Positions 37,687 through 51,215 of a DNA stretch of 60,997 bases are shown here, piece by piece. The notes below the pieces were generated by a model. The model was not told the DNA's origin, did no database searches, and saw only the letters and a list, made by a program, of their open reading frames with translations. The position numbers were made by a program, and so were the translations under genes. Position 1 is the stretch's first letter, and the number at the start of each line of letters is the position of its first letter. Source of the DNA: Octopus bimaculoides (taxonomy: Eukaryota); the NCBI RefSeq assembly GCF_001194135.2, contig NC_068998.1, forward strand, positions 39,020,509-39,081,505, written 5' to 3'.

Positions 37687-37999
37687 GAAGTTGCTCTTAG
37701 TTGGAATGGTTAATTGTCGATTTTCTGCTGTTTGCGGAAGTGTGGCTGGGATCTAGGGAAAAGGAGAAAAAGAAAAAAATGAGAAAAACCAGTGAAAGTA
37801 AATGACTTACAATTGTGTAACATTTACTGCAATAAAGTGTTTTCATTTGCATAGGCAAACATGATGGCATGGTTAAAAAGTTTGAACCAGGGACCAACGG
37901 TTGTGAAACAATCTTACTGCATGGCACTTTGAACGAACACTTGTGCCATTATCTTGTGAGTGGAATTTGGTACAGAAATTGTGCAGCTATGTGTACTCT

Positions 38000-38194
38000 T
38001 TTTACTCTTTTACTCTTTTACTTGTTTCAGTCATTTGACTGCGGCTATGCTGGAGCACCGCCTTTAGTCGAGAAAATTGACTCCAGGACTTATTCTTTGT
38101 AAGCCTAGTACTTATTCTATCGGTCTCTTTTTGCCGAACCGCTAAGTTACGGAGATGTAAACACACCAGCATCGGTTGCCAAGTGACAAAACAC

Positions 38195-38281
<87 letters not shown>

Positions 38282-38407
38282 CGACGGGCTTCTTTCAGTT
38301 TCCGTCTACCAAATCCACTCACAAGACTTTGGTCGGCCCAAGGCTATAGTAGAAGACACTTGCCCAAGGTGCCACACAGTGGGACTGAACCCGGAACCAT
38401 GTGGTTG
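38000..38407 (-). mobile_element. SINE family A, near full length
   Basis: High similarity to 15345-15724 and 58761-59157. Confidence 0.9.
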
Positions 38408-38459
38408 ATGTTCTTATGCATGAATATACATAAATACAAACATATATGATATGTAAGTA

Positions 38460-38675
38460 AATATATATATAGCTGTAGAAACTCTGCCAAATCTGATTGG
38501 AGCCTGGTGTAGCCATCTGGTTCACCGGTCCTCAGTCAAATCGTCCAACCCATGCTAGCATGGAAAGTGGACGTTAAACGATGATGATGATGATGATGAT
38601 GATGATATATATATATACACGTCCAACCCATGCTAGCATGGAAAGCAGACGTTAAACGATGATGATGATGATGAT
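38460..38675 (+). mobile_element. RTE 3' end with duplicated tail
   Basis: cgtccaacccatgctagcatggaaag.ggacgttaaacgatgatgat occurs twice in tandem. Confidence 0.8.
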
Positions 38676-38834
38676 GCTTTATATACTTACTGTTAACAAA
38701 AGTTAAGATGTATGGTGTTCAGTTAATAAATGAAAAATGCATTAATGAAAAGACAAGAGAGAAGGAAAGAGAAAGTAGGGATGCTGGAAAAGGAATATTA
38801 GGACAAGAGAGAAAGAAAGAAAGGTAGAGTCGCA

Positions 38835-38945
38835 AAAAATGTATACAAAGTTACTATATATATATAAAATATATACAAAGTTACTATATATATATAAAAT
38901 ATATACAAAGTTACTATATATATAAAAAATATATACAAAGTTAGA
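38835..38945. repeat. 30-bp minisatellite, about 3.7 copies
   Basis: aaaatatatacaaagttactatatatatat unit. Confidence 0.9.
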
Positions 38946-39179
38946 AAAGTTGGGATGCATGGCGTTCAGTTACTCAATAAAGGCATTAGATACTACAAAA
39001 TGTATGACAGACACAGAAAGGCCCTAAGCCTTCCTCAGTTATCAACCAAAAATACTAATACCCAGTTTATATATATATATATACACATATACACACATAT
39101 ATATCGATAAATGTACATGTAAATACACACACACAAACACACACATACACATACATGTAAATACATGTATATATATACC

Positions 39180-39820
39180 ATCATGATTGTTTTAGCATCC
39201 TGTCTTCCATTATTACAGGGGTTTGATTCAGTTTATTGAAATAGATTTTCTATAGCTGGATGCCCTTCCTGTCACCAACCCTCACCTGATTCCAAGCAAG
39301 GTAATATTTCCCCATGGCCAGACATGTTTTTGCTAAATATTGGAAATGAATGACACTGCTTGTAAAACAGTGACACTCATACAACTGTTATGCAATGTCA
39401 GTACACAGGAACAGACAGAGAGACACACACAGACTTACTCTATGTCATAAATTGGAATGTGTGTGTCTGATATGGTTTTTTGAACCTGCCTAGAAGGAAT
39501 TCAACTCTGAATAAGAATTGGCTCAGATCATGATAACCCATCTAATCCATGTCAAAACAGAAAATGAACATAAAAATGATGATTATTATCATGAGTGTGT
39601 TTAAGGCAGAGAGCTGGCAAAATCGTTAGCAGACTGGTCAAAATGCTTAGCGGTATTCATCTGCCCCTACCTTCTGAGTTCAAATTCTGCTGAGGTCAAC
39701 TTTCCCTTTTATCCTTTCAGGGTTGATAAATTAAGTACCAATGAAACACTGGGGTTGATGTAATTGACTAGTCCCCTCCGCCAAAATTTCAGACCTTGTG
39801 CCTTTAGTAGAAAGGATCAT
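39180..39820. mobile_element. Diverged RTE 3' end (39180-39400, minus) and SINE family B (39600-39820, plus)
   Basis: agctggatgcccttcctgtcacc; aaggcagagagctggc...cctttagtagaaaggatc. Confidence 0.7.
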
Positions 39821-39919
39821 TATGAGTGTTTGTGTGTGTCGGCTTGTGTATGTTGTAAATGTGTGTGTGTGTGTGTTTGTGTGCATATTGGTTCAAAATG
39901 GTATGAGACATTGTATCTC

Positions 39920-40105
39920 ATTACATCAAAGGTAATCTAGCAGTTTGATAATCAGAAATTGACAAAATATGTACTGGTGTCAATATGATCAATGTAAACC
40001 TTGAAAACTGAGTTCCAGCATGGCCACAACCCAGTGAAAGAAAGTAATAACAGAATAGTATCATTTGCATTATACTGTTTACATACATGTGCTTCCATAC
40101 AAATT

Positions 40106-40149
<44 letters not shown>

Positions 40150-40680
40150 GGAGAGATGGGTGAGAGAGAGATGGGTGAGAGAGAGATGGGTGAGATACAG
40201 TGAGGGAAGTGGGGAGAGAGTTTGATGTCAACCACTAAAAATACTGGTAAGCAGCAGACAGAAAATATAAGGAGGAATGTTATAAAGAAAGAGAAGAGAA
40301 GCATAGTGTGAGTAAGTAACAGAGTAAAAGAAGAGAGGTGGAAAGAAGAAAGAGAGCTGCAACAACAGAGAGAGGAAATTAGAGAGCTAATGTCATAAAA
40401 TAACAGAGGGCGAGAGAGGGAGAAAGGGAGAGAAAGATATTGATGTACAATGTTGAAGTGCATATGTATGTATATATGGGAAGGGGGATAATGGAGTAAA
40501 GTGGGAGAGAAAGACTGTTCATTGAGAGAGGAAACTATAGAAAAGAAATAATGACATATGTGAGTGAGTGAGTATAATGAAGGAGAGTGAGGGAGAGAGA
40601 ATGTAAGAGTAAGGGAATAAAGAGGGAAGGTTGGAAACATTGTGTTAGAAAGAGAAGAACAAGGTGTAATTTGCACGTTT
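39920..40680. repeat. GA-rich low-complexity region with (GA)n and 13-bp gagagagatgggt x3
   Basis: Direct sequence. Confidence 0.8.
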
Positions 40681-42243
40681 TGAAGAATACAGCAAGTAAT
40701 TGCAAGTCAAACGTATGGAGACGTTTTCAGCCACAGAGAAACTTCAAATTAGATAGAAAATGAAGATTATAAACATGAAGAAGTCACAGCTCTCAATGGA
40801 ATCAGAAAGTAGAAGAAAAGTTGCAAAACGACAAGAAGAAACACAAGAAAAAAAAAAAGAAAAAAGAAAGGCAGCTGAAAGCAGAATCAAGGTTTGAAGT
40901 AAAAAGAAAGCTAAAAGAAGACAAAACGAAACACAAGAAGAAAATATAGTAAGGCTTCAAGCAGAAAGATTAAGAATTACTGAAAGGAAACAGAAATAAA
41001 CCAAGACTTTAATTATAAAATCATAATTATAGAATTGGTAGCTGTTGAACAATACAAGCAAAGAATTTCATGATTGCTAAAATTCATGTAAGATGGCTTT
41101 TAAAAGAAAGACGATGAAGATCTTGTTTCTAACTGTCAGTTTTATTTTCGATTAAAAAGTGATTTGACTAGAGTTCTGTAATTTCACATGGTTCAGTACA
41201 CAATTAGGTTGGGGTTTGCTTTTTTTTTTTGTGTGGTGATTATTTTCTGTGGGTGGAATTAAACTGCAAGCCAACAAAATATTTGATAATTTCACAGTGC
41301 AAATATTATTTACTGCAGTGTGAATTATACCATCTTACAAGTAAGTTCAATATCAGAGCCCCTTGTTGTTCAACTTGGTAGAAATAGTAGCCCAATCTCC
41401 CTCAGATCTTATTGAGAAACACTGTACCAAATTGTATAATGGAAATATAAAACCATCCAACTCATCGATCTCCAGTAAAGTAGACATAGAATATTAAAAC
41501 ACTCAGCCTTTGTTGTTTATTGAACTCCTTTGATCTGCAGATAAGACACTTTGAAGAAAATATTTATTAAATAGTATTTCTACAGACAATACATTCCTTC
41601 CTACTTGCCACTGTTTGAACCTCTAATCTACTTTACCCTTTTTTAATCATTTATTTTATCTTGGCTTTCTGAAAGCTTCTATTCCTTGTGCCTTCTACTC
41701 AACTATCACAGACAGATATAACACAGGATGGAGATGACACTAGGTTCAGCAAAATAAATCCATCCTTATTGGTTTACCTATCATAAAGACATCTGGTCTT
41801 GCCTCAGTTCTCTTTCTTAGCAATTTGAGCTAATAAGCGTATGCGTACAAGGCTAAATACATCTGCTCTATTTTCCATTTTTCTTCTTGATGTTCTGTTG
41901 GAATATAAGGGTGGAAGAAGGCTTCAAGACTGATAAGACATCTTTCATATTGCCACAGTCATGATTTAAGAATCACTCAGCTTGTTCTGTTAAAGTGGCT
42001 TGCAACAGCAAGAACATTGGTCCGCAACAAAACACAATGTTGGAAATCAAGATGTCAAGAAATATGGTGTGTGTGTGTGTGTGTGCACACGTGTATTGCA
42101 TACATTTACATCTTATACATATAGTCTAGCTGTAAGTACTTAGCATTACTTGAGTAAGCAATATTGTGAGAAATAAATAGAAAGAAAATTATAACAACAC
42201 AGGTTGATAGAATAAACAAATAATAACAATAATAATAATAATG

Positions 42244-42316
<73 letters not shown>

Positions 42317-42601
42317 TAATAATATAATAATAACTACATTATATTAACTAAACTTAAAATATATAACAGTTTTACTATTCTCCAGACATCTTGGTGTTGG
42401 AAATGTGTCTAAAAGGTTAGACATGAAGTAGACAAAAAAATAAAACTAAAAAGAGTAAATTATAATATAATAACTAAGCTTGGAGGGGAAAAAATACATA
42501 TATAAGAAGTAGAATATAATAACTGTAATTTGAATTCATAATAGTTTCTCCTTCCACCACTTTTATATGTGTCCAATAGGTGAGGTTAGTGTTTGTGTGT
42601 G

Positions 42602-42663
<62 letters not shown>

Positions 42664-43164
42664 CACAGGTGTGTATATATGTGTGTGTGTGTGTGATGGA
42701 AGTTATTTTATCAAAAACTGAAAGTGAAAATTATAATATAATAACCAAGTCTGAGAGAAAAACATGAAAGAACTAGAATATAAATAACTTTAGTAAAAAC
42801 ATGAAGCAAGTTTCACCGTGTAATTCTGGTGGCAGAATCAATGCAGAGTTTCAATGCAGGAACTCATATAACAAGACTGGTTTCAAATGTGTATATGGTA
42901 CAACATTTAATCACAAATTTCTTTATAAATGACAGGTAAACTTTGCGACATTATAAACAAAACAACAATTGAAAGTTAGACCAAATATACATTAGTATAT
43001 TTTATAATATCTGGGATTACGTTAACTCTTTTAATGCCAACCTATCTGACACCAACTATTCTAAAGTGTTCGTATTTTAATGAAACTCTTGATCAAAATC
43101 TTCATTATAACAGGAATAATATGAGGATCCACATGGCTAACATCAACATAGTAATATATGAATG

Positions 43165-43320
43165 CATGTGAGTGGCTATGTGGTTGAAAAGCTTGCTTTT
43201 CAACCATGAGGTCTCAGGTTCAGTTCCACTGCATGACACCTTAAGTATCATCTACTAAAGCCCTAGGCCAACTAAAGACTTGTGAGTGGATTTGGTAGAC
43301 AGAAACAGAAAGAAGCTCAT
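43165..43320 (+). mobile_element. SINE family A head
   Basis: gtggctatgtggtt...ggttcagttccactgc...gtgagtggatttggtagac. Confidence 0.75.
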
Positions 43321-43321
43321 T

Positions 43322-43384
<63 letters not shown>

Positions 43385-43389
43385 CAAAA

Positions 43390-43985
43390 ACAAAGGTAAC
43401 CGTGGTGATTGCAACAATTACCATGGAATATCTCTTCTCAGCACTGTTGGAAAGACCTTTGCCTGTGTAATCCTTTCCAGGCTACAACTGCTTGCTTCTC
43501 GAATTTATCCAGAATCGCAGTGTGGCTTTAGAAGAAGCAGATCAACTATTGACATGATATTCTCCATACGCGAACTTCAGGAGAAGTCCAGAGAGCAGAA
43601 AATGCCATTACATATGGCCTTCATTGATCTGACAAAGGCCTCTTCATCCTGCTTCAAAAATCGAATGTCCACCAAAGCTGCTGAGGATCATCGAATCTTT
43701 CTATAATGATATGCAATGGTTCAACATCAGCTGCCTTCCAAATAAAGAATGGGGTAAAGCAAGGCTGTGTCCTTGCTCCAACATTATTTAGCATCTTCTT
43801 GCTGTTGCTGTCACATGCCTTTGAGACATCAGACGATGGAGTGTTTCTGTGCAGTAGAAGTGATGGGAAACTGTTCAATCTCTCGTGTCTGCGTGCCAAG
43901 ACCAAAATCAGAAGCATCCTGATCAAAGAGATGCTCTTTGCTGATGATGCTGCTCTGGTATCACACTCAGAAGAAGCCCTATACT
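43390..43985 (+). mobile_element. RTE-BovB-type LINE reverse transcriptase fragment
   Basis: KGNRGDCNNYHGISLLSTVGK...PESQCGFRRSRSTIDMIF...MAFIDLTKA...GVKQGCVLAPTLFSIF...RSDGKLFNL...EMLFADDAAL. Confidence 0.9.
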
Positions 43986-44072
43986 GCAGCAAAGTCACAA
44001 ACAAACAAAGCACATACATTGAGCATGTGTGGTCAATAATGTTTGCAACACTAGCCTTCCTTTTAATTCATT

Positions 44073-44143
<71 letters not shown>

Positions 44144-45224
44144 ACACACACACATATATACAGACATACGCAAATACACATATATACACACAGACACACA
44201 CACAGAAAAAGAAATATACATTTATCCATGTCTTCAAATTTATTTTATAAATTTCTATCATTTTTTCAATTAGATGGTTAGTTTAAGGAAACCCTCTATA
44301 TTGACTCCAATACATGACCTTAATTTTCAACATTCATACATGGATTTTCGGGTAACTTGCATTTATTTTTGTCTTTAGCTAGATCTACTCCCTCTTACAA
44401 CCCATCCATATTTTAAACATGAAAGACAAAGTAGACCTCAGCAGGACTTGAACTCAGAACTTAAACAATATGAAATTATACTGCTAGGCATCTAGTTCCA
44501 TTGCTTTACCAATTTAGGTAATCCATACTAACAACATCCATACAATGCCCTTCTCTCTCTCTATCTCTCCCCTCTATGTTCTAGCTCAAGCAACAATCAA
44601 TACTCTCCAAAACCATCAATACTGTGCCGTCAATTAAGTAGTGCTGCTTTCTATAAATGTACAATTATCAATATTCAATCAATCTGTTCCTTTCTCCATA
44701 GAAGACAATAGGAAGTGAGGTGACAATAGCTAACAACTTTACTTTATCCTGTCAGAGGGAGAAAATGTTCATTCTCTGTGATAAAGAACATTTCTTTTCT
44801 CGCCCACCCCATTTTCATGCTCATCAACATCATCTCGTCAATATCTGTGTTCAATAGAGGTTTCAAAAGAGTTACTACTACTTCAAATCGAGAGCCTGTT
44901 GGCATGGCTGTATGGTTGAGAAGTTTACTTGCCAACCATGTGGTTTTGGGTTCAGTCCCACTAAATGGTATCTTGGGCGAGCGTCTTTGTCCCAAACCAA
45001 CAAAAAAATCATTTACATTTAAACAGACACATAGTCATACATGTATACATACCAACAACTGCAATCAATCGAACGAAAAATTTCAATTGGTCATTATTGA
45101 ACATATTAAATAAAGATATATTCTACTGTATATTCTTTACTGAATCCTAACTTGGTAGTGAATTCTTTATTCATGGCGAATTTGTTTGTTACAATGAACA
45201 AAAGTACACACACACACACCATTT

Positions 45225-47200
45225 AACATCTGTTTTCCATGTTGGCATGGAATGGACAGTTTGACAGAAGCTGGCAAGTCAGGGTCCATTGTCTGATTTG
45301 GTATGGTTTCTATGGCTGGATGCCTTTTCTAATGCAAACCACTTTACAAGATGTACAGGGTGTTTATTATGTGGCACCAGCATTCATGCTTTTCACATGG
45401 TACCATATACATACTTACATCATCCACATCATTTAACATATGTTGTCCATGCTGGCATGGGTTGGACGGTTTGACTAGGGCTGGCAAGCTGGAAGGCTGC
45501 ACCAGACTCCAGCCTGATTTGGTATGGTTTCTACAGTTGGATGCCCTTCTTAATGCCAACCACTCCGAGAGCGTAATAGGTGCTTTTACGTGCCACCAGC
45601 ACAGGTGCCATTTGTGTGACACCGGTATCTGCCACAACTGCAATTTTGCTTGGCTTAATGGGTCTTTTTCTCAAGCATGACATAATGTCAAAGGTCTCAG
45701 TCATTGCCTCTGAGAGAACCAACACTCGAAAGGAACTCAGCCACTTTGCCTCCATGAGGTTAAATGCTCGAAAGGGACTCTCCTCCATGAGGCCCAATGC
45801 TCAACAGAAACTCACCTCTGTGAGGTCCAGCACTTGAAAGGAACTCAGCCACTTTGCCTTAAACACTTGAAAGGTGCTCTTTATGCGCCACTGGCATAGG
45901 TGCCACTTACATGACACCGGTATCAGTCACGACTATGATTTCACTTGGCTTGACAGGTCTTCTCAAGCACAGCATATTGCCAAATCGCTAGTCATTGCTT
46001 TTGTGAGGCTCAAAGTTCAAAGATCATGCTCTACCACCTCGTATCATGACTTCATGGGTCTACCTCTACCACAGATACCCTCCACAGTTAGAGATTGGTA
46101 TTTCTTTACACAGCTGTCCTCATCCATATGCATCATGTTTTCCTTCATGTCTTCGTCTCATCTTTTCTTGGGTCTTCCTCTTCCACAGGCTCTCTCCACA
46201 TTTAGAGATCAGTAGCTGTTCTCATCTATATGCATCACATAACCATACCAGTGCAGTCATCTCTCTTGCACACCATATCTGATGCCTCCTATGCCAAATT
46301 TTTCTCTCAAGATGCTTACACTCTGTCAAACATGCACACCAACATCACATATCCAGTGAAGCATACTGGCTTCATTTCTTTCAAGCCTGCGCATGTCTTC
46401 AGCTGTCACAGCCCATGTTTCACTACCATTTAACATAGCTATTCACACACAGGCATCATACAATCTGCCTTTCACTCTGAGAGATAGTCCCTTTGTTGCC
46501 AGTTGAGGTAGGAGCTCTCTGAACTTTGCCCAGCCTAATCTTATTCTCACAGCTATGTTCTCAGAGTATCCACCTCTGCTACTAACTTGGTCACCTAGAT
46601 AATGGAAGCTATCTACTACCTTTAGCTTGACCCCTGACAGTTGATGGAGTCTATTTTCTGCACATTTTCAGCATATATTGTACCTGTGCATCTTCCACAT
46701 ACAAAAGCTATTTTCCCTGTTAGCCTTCCTCTGATATTGCTGCACCTTTTATGTGTCCAAAGCATCTTATGGAGTTTCTATCTATGCCTTTTCTACAGAT
46801 CAAGCAGGGACATCTTCCTGAAGGGGTTTTGGATTTGTCTGCCTTCCTACTGACTAAGACCTTGGTTTTTGCTAGGTTAACTCTAAGGCCCTTCAATTCT
46901 AGACCTTGCTTCCATTCCTGGATCTTCTTCTCTAGTTCTGGTAGTGATTCTGCTATAAGAGCAAGGTCATCAGCATAGAGGAGCTCCCAGGGACAGCCTG
47001 TCTTAAATTACTCTGTTATTGCCTGGAGAACTATGATGAACAAGAGGGGGCTGAGGACTGATCCCTGGTGAACCCCTACTTGAACCTTGAATTCTTCGCT
47101 GTACTCGTTGCCAACCCTCACCTTACTGGTAGTGTCCCTGTACAAATCTTGTACAGCTCTCATCAACCATTCATCTATCTCTAGTTTCCACATTGACCAC
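45225..47200 (-). mobile_element. Decayed RTE-clade LINE(s): RT domain, ORF end, 3'UTR and tail
   Basis: VGVHQGSVLSPLLFIIVLQAIT...LLYADDL...LRVNLAKTK...FHYLGD...MLNGSETW...LHWYG...GRGRP; 3'UTR with internal ~60-bp tandem subrepeats at 45690-45860. Confidence 0.9.
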
Positions 47201-47284
47201 TAGATAAGGGATTGGGACACACACACACACATGTTAGTGATGCAGATAAACATGATTAGGCTTGATATATATATATAAGAAAAC

Positions 47285-47545
47285 AGGCATCGGATGTGGT
47301 GTGCAAGAAGGATGACTGTGCTGGTATGGTCATGTGATGTGTATGGACAAGGACAGTTGTATAAAAAAAGTGCTGATCTCTAACTGTGGAGGGAACCTGT
47401 GGAAGAGGTAGAGCCAGGAAAACATGTGACAAGGTGATGAAGCATGATCTTCAAATGTTGGGCCTCATGGAGGCAATGACAGGTGACCAAGACCTTTGGC
47501 AATATACCATGCTTGAGAAGCCTCATCAAGCCAAGTGAAATCGTA
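47285..47545 (+). mobile_element. RTE ORF 3' fragment, inverted relative to 46100-46330
   Basis: ggtgtgcaagaag.atgactgtgctggtatgg...tgtggaagaggtagagccagg. Confidence 0.75.
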
Positions 47546-47558
47546 TGTATGTATATGC

Positions 47559-47590
<32 letters not shown>

Positions 47591-48469
47591 ACAGAGAGAG
47601 AGAAAGCAAGAGAAAGAGAGGTTTGATGTGTGTGTGTGACATTCAACAAATGAAACAGGAATACCCAGCCAGTCACCGTGATGATACAATACAAGTCTAA
47701 CCCAAACAGTCTTCTCATAAAGCAATATAACTTATTCTTAATTAAGTTGAAGTATTCAGGATTACATGTCCTGCCATAACAGCAACACAACAAAATGCTT
47801 GTATTGTGGGGTTTGTACTCATAAACTATGAACTACTCTATTCATTCACATACACACTGCCTACATTACTACAATCAACTAACACTACATAAACACACAG
47901 GATCTCCAATATATCATGTTCAAGGAGATTATATTCCTTGAGATCTGTTGTTAGCCATCAAACATTTCATGCACCAGTCCACCATATGCTTTTATTACCA
48001 TGGATATTATTGTATCCAGCAGTGGTAGACCTCTGAGAAGAGTTAAAAACAAAAGCATCATAATACAGCATTATTTTTTTATTATGAGAGGTTTTGTGCA
48101 ACCTGGATTATTTTTTCTTATTCATCTATTAATACCTTGTATAAGCTGTCAGCTAATTGGATTTGAGACTGGAAGAACCAAGGAGAATACTGTACAAAAA
48201 GACAGCAACAATGAGCAATACTTAGATGGTGACAGTTCTGATAGTGCCAGCATAGAAACCCATTTAAGAGTACAAACAGCAAAGGTTACCAGACTGTGAA
48301 CAACCAAAGCAGACTGCCTCTTTGCTGTTAGCTTCCTTAGCTGGCTTCCAAAGTAGAGATAACAAAAAGTTGATTTGTATAGTGAGTCAATATTATGCAG
48401 AGGGCAGGATGTTGTGGAAATTATGAGCAGGTGTATGTATGGACGTATGAATATATATGTATGCATGTG

Positions 48470-48523
<54 letters not shown>

Positions 48524-48588
48524 NNNNNNNNNNNNNNNNNNNNNNNNNNNNNNNNNNNNNNNNNNNNNNNNNNNNNNNNNNNNNNNNN

Positions 48589-48644
<56 letters not shown>

Positions 48645-49279
48645 GAAAATGTATATACACACACATATAAAGAGAAGCAGATAGAGTGAGAGATAAAATT
48701 TGATCAACGAATGGAAATACAGGTGTCTTCAGCATCAACAGAGGTGTCTTGCACTATTTCATCATCTGCCTAGACTACATCCTTTGCATTCATATTGACA
48801 AAATTAACCCTATAACATCTATTTATTCAGAGTGTTTTAAATTAATTATGCATTATCTTGTAGCTTCAAGATTTTGATGAAGCAGTTGTTTTTATTTTTA
48901 GAATGACATTATGAGAGATAGGATCTTGTTGGTTTGAAAATGAAAAAGGCTGAACATTTTGGACAGATATGGACAGTTTAAATGCTAAAGAGTTAAAGAA
49001 CCGAGCATCATTCCAACAAAATCTACTCCTTGTCACCAAGTCACAATAATAACAGATGTAGATTATCGCTGATGAAAACGTTCCCTTCACAGACACCATC
49101 TCAGAAACCACCAGGCTTCTTCATAACCTTGAAAAATCAGCAGAAGACATTGTGTTTATATGCCAATGCCTCAAAGACTGGATACACCTGCTATAATCAG
49201 GAGGGGTCAATAAATCCAGTTAAACAGAATCTCCTAAAATCTATAGACCTTATTTATACTTAGGAAATAACATTGTATC

Positions 49280-49387
49280 CCCAGAAAAGAATTTGGCAAG
49301 GTTTCTACAGCTGGATGCCCTTCCTAATGCCAACCACTTTACAGAATGTATTGGGTGCTTTTATGCAGCACCAGCATGGGTGCTTTT

Positions 49388-49431
<44 letters not shown>

Positions 49432-49635
49432 TCTTTGTGTCTGTGTTTGTCCCTCACCACCGCTTGACAACTAGTGTTGGTGTGTTTACATCCTTGTAAA
49501 TTAGAGACTGATAGAATAAGTAGCAGGCTTAATAAAAGAAAAAGTACAGGGGGTTGATTCATTTGACTAAAAATTCTTCAAGGCAGTGCCCCAGCATGGC
49601 TGCAGTCAAATGACTGACACAAGTAAAAGATAAGG
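49280..49635. mobile_element. RTE 3'UTR fragment (minus) fused via (TG)n to SINE family A 3' half (plus)
   Basis: tttctacagctggatgcccttcctaatgcc; cgcttgacaactagtgttgg...cagtcaaatgactgac. Confidence 0.75.
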
Positions 49636-50087
49636 ATAAAAGATGTGTGTCTATGCACAAGTGTACATGGATGTGAATATGGACAAGTATGTGTATATGG
49701 ACAAGTATGTGCATATGTACACAGACGCATATTAATAATTTTTTTCCAATTGGTGGGTAATATAGTTGTGTGTACATCACTTGAAACAATCTCTCCAAGT
49801 CACTACGATGCAGGTTTGAACTTGAAACATCAATTAAGTTGATATTGTTACTATGAAAGAAGCACAGTGCATGTCTTTAATTATCCATAATGTACTTCTA
49901 ATTTTTACCTTACCAATGAGAAAATTAGTTGTGTGAAAATAATTAGACATAGTCTCCCTGTTGTCACTCCAGTCAGGTTTGAATGTAAATTAAGTTTTTA
50001 TTATTTCATTAACCATAGTCAAAACTGTTACGGATGATTAATTTGTTATTTCATTAAGCCACCCCATTTGTTCAACAGATTTGATCA

Positions 50088-50623
50088 ATGTTGGCATCAG
50101 TACAAGATACGGTCAGGTATCCTTTTTGATGCAGGACATTTATGTAGCCATTTTTGAAATTCTTCATTCATTCGTAGATAGTTTGTAGCAGCCAAACAAT
50201 TTCCCCAAACAGAACTGAATAGATTTCAGGACTTGACATCCCATAGAAAATGGATCACAAAACACAAAATACTTGATAATCATGAAGGTCAAGTTATGTC
50301 ACACACCTACCATAATTTGTGGATTGCGATATCAAAATTATTTATCCATTTATCTTCTCTGCTCACTATTTCTGAAAGGGTGATGGAAGTAGAGTTCTCA
50401 GGCACCTCCTCTGTATGGTTCCATCAGAAGTAATTGTTATTACACTCTCTTCCAGGATTCCTAAGCATGACCAAAATGGAGACTATGAATATTATCCAAC
50501 CATATCATTCTTGTTTAGCTACTACAAACTGCCTATGAATGAATGAAAAATTTAAAAAAGAGTTACATAAGTGTCCTGCATCAAAAGGGATACCTGACTG
50601 TGTCTTATACTGATACCAACATT
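50088..50623. mobile_element. Foldback/MITE-like element with ~115-bp imperfect terminal inverted repeats
   Basis: 50088-50205 (gttggcatcagtacaagatacggtcaggtatcc...) is the reverse complement of 50510-50623. Confidence 0.75.
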
Positions 50624-51002
50624 CTTAGTCTATCCCTAGGTCCCTTGCTAGTTGGCTTGGCTTGAAGAAACTGTCTTGTGGTTCTTTCCTGTAATATTCT
50701 AATCATGTCCATAGTACCAGAGCAATAGTACTATGCTCAGGTACTATAGAGCATAATACCATATGCTCTATAGTCCTATGAGCATATGTACCATAGAGTA
50801 TACGGTAATCTCAATACAGAGAAGAGCAGCTCAACAAGAAGCGATTCTCTGATCTTCAAGCTATGAATCCTGTCGAGTAACATTACTTCTGAGAGCCTTC
50901 AGAGGAACCCCAATTTGGCCACTTGTATTCATCATACACTTTTGGTCATTACCCAACACTCATGACCATATCAAAATTAGAAATCACCAATTCCAAACCA
51001 GT

Positions 51003-51215
51003 TAAGGTGGTGAGCTGGTAGAGTCATTTGCATGTTGGGAAAAATGCTGAGCAGCATTTTGTCGGTCTTTACGTTCTGAGTTCAAATTCCACCAGGGTCT
51101 ACTTTGCCTTTCATCCTTTTGGAGTTGATAGAATAAGTGCCAGTTGAGCACTGGGGTTGCTGTAATTGACTTAGTCCCTCCTCTAAAATTGCTGGCCTTG
51201 AGCAAAAATTTGAAA
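51003..51215 (+). mobile_element. SINE family B
   Basis: ttaaggtggtgagctgg...gttctgagttcaaattccacc. Confidence 0.85.

Noticed and set aside
39921-40676. 251-aa hydrophobic minus-strand ORF
   Set aside because: Translation of GA-rich low-complexity sequence.
48000-48299. 99-aa plus-strand ORF
   Set aside because: No convincing splice sites or recognisable motif.
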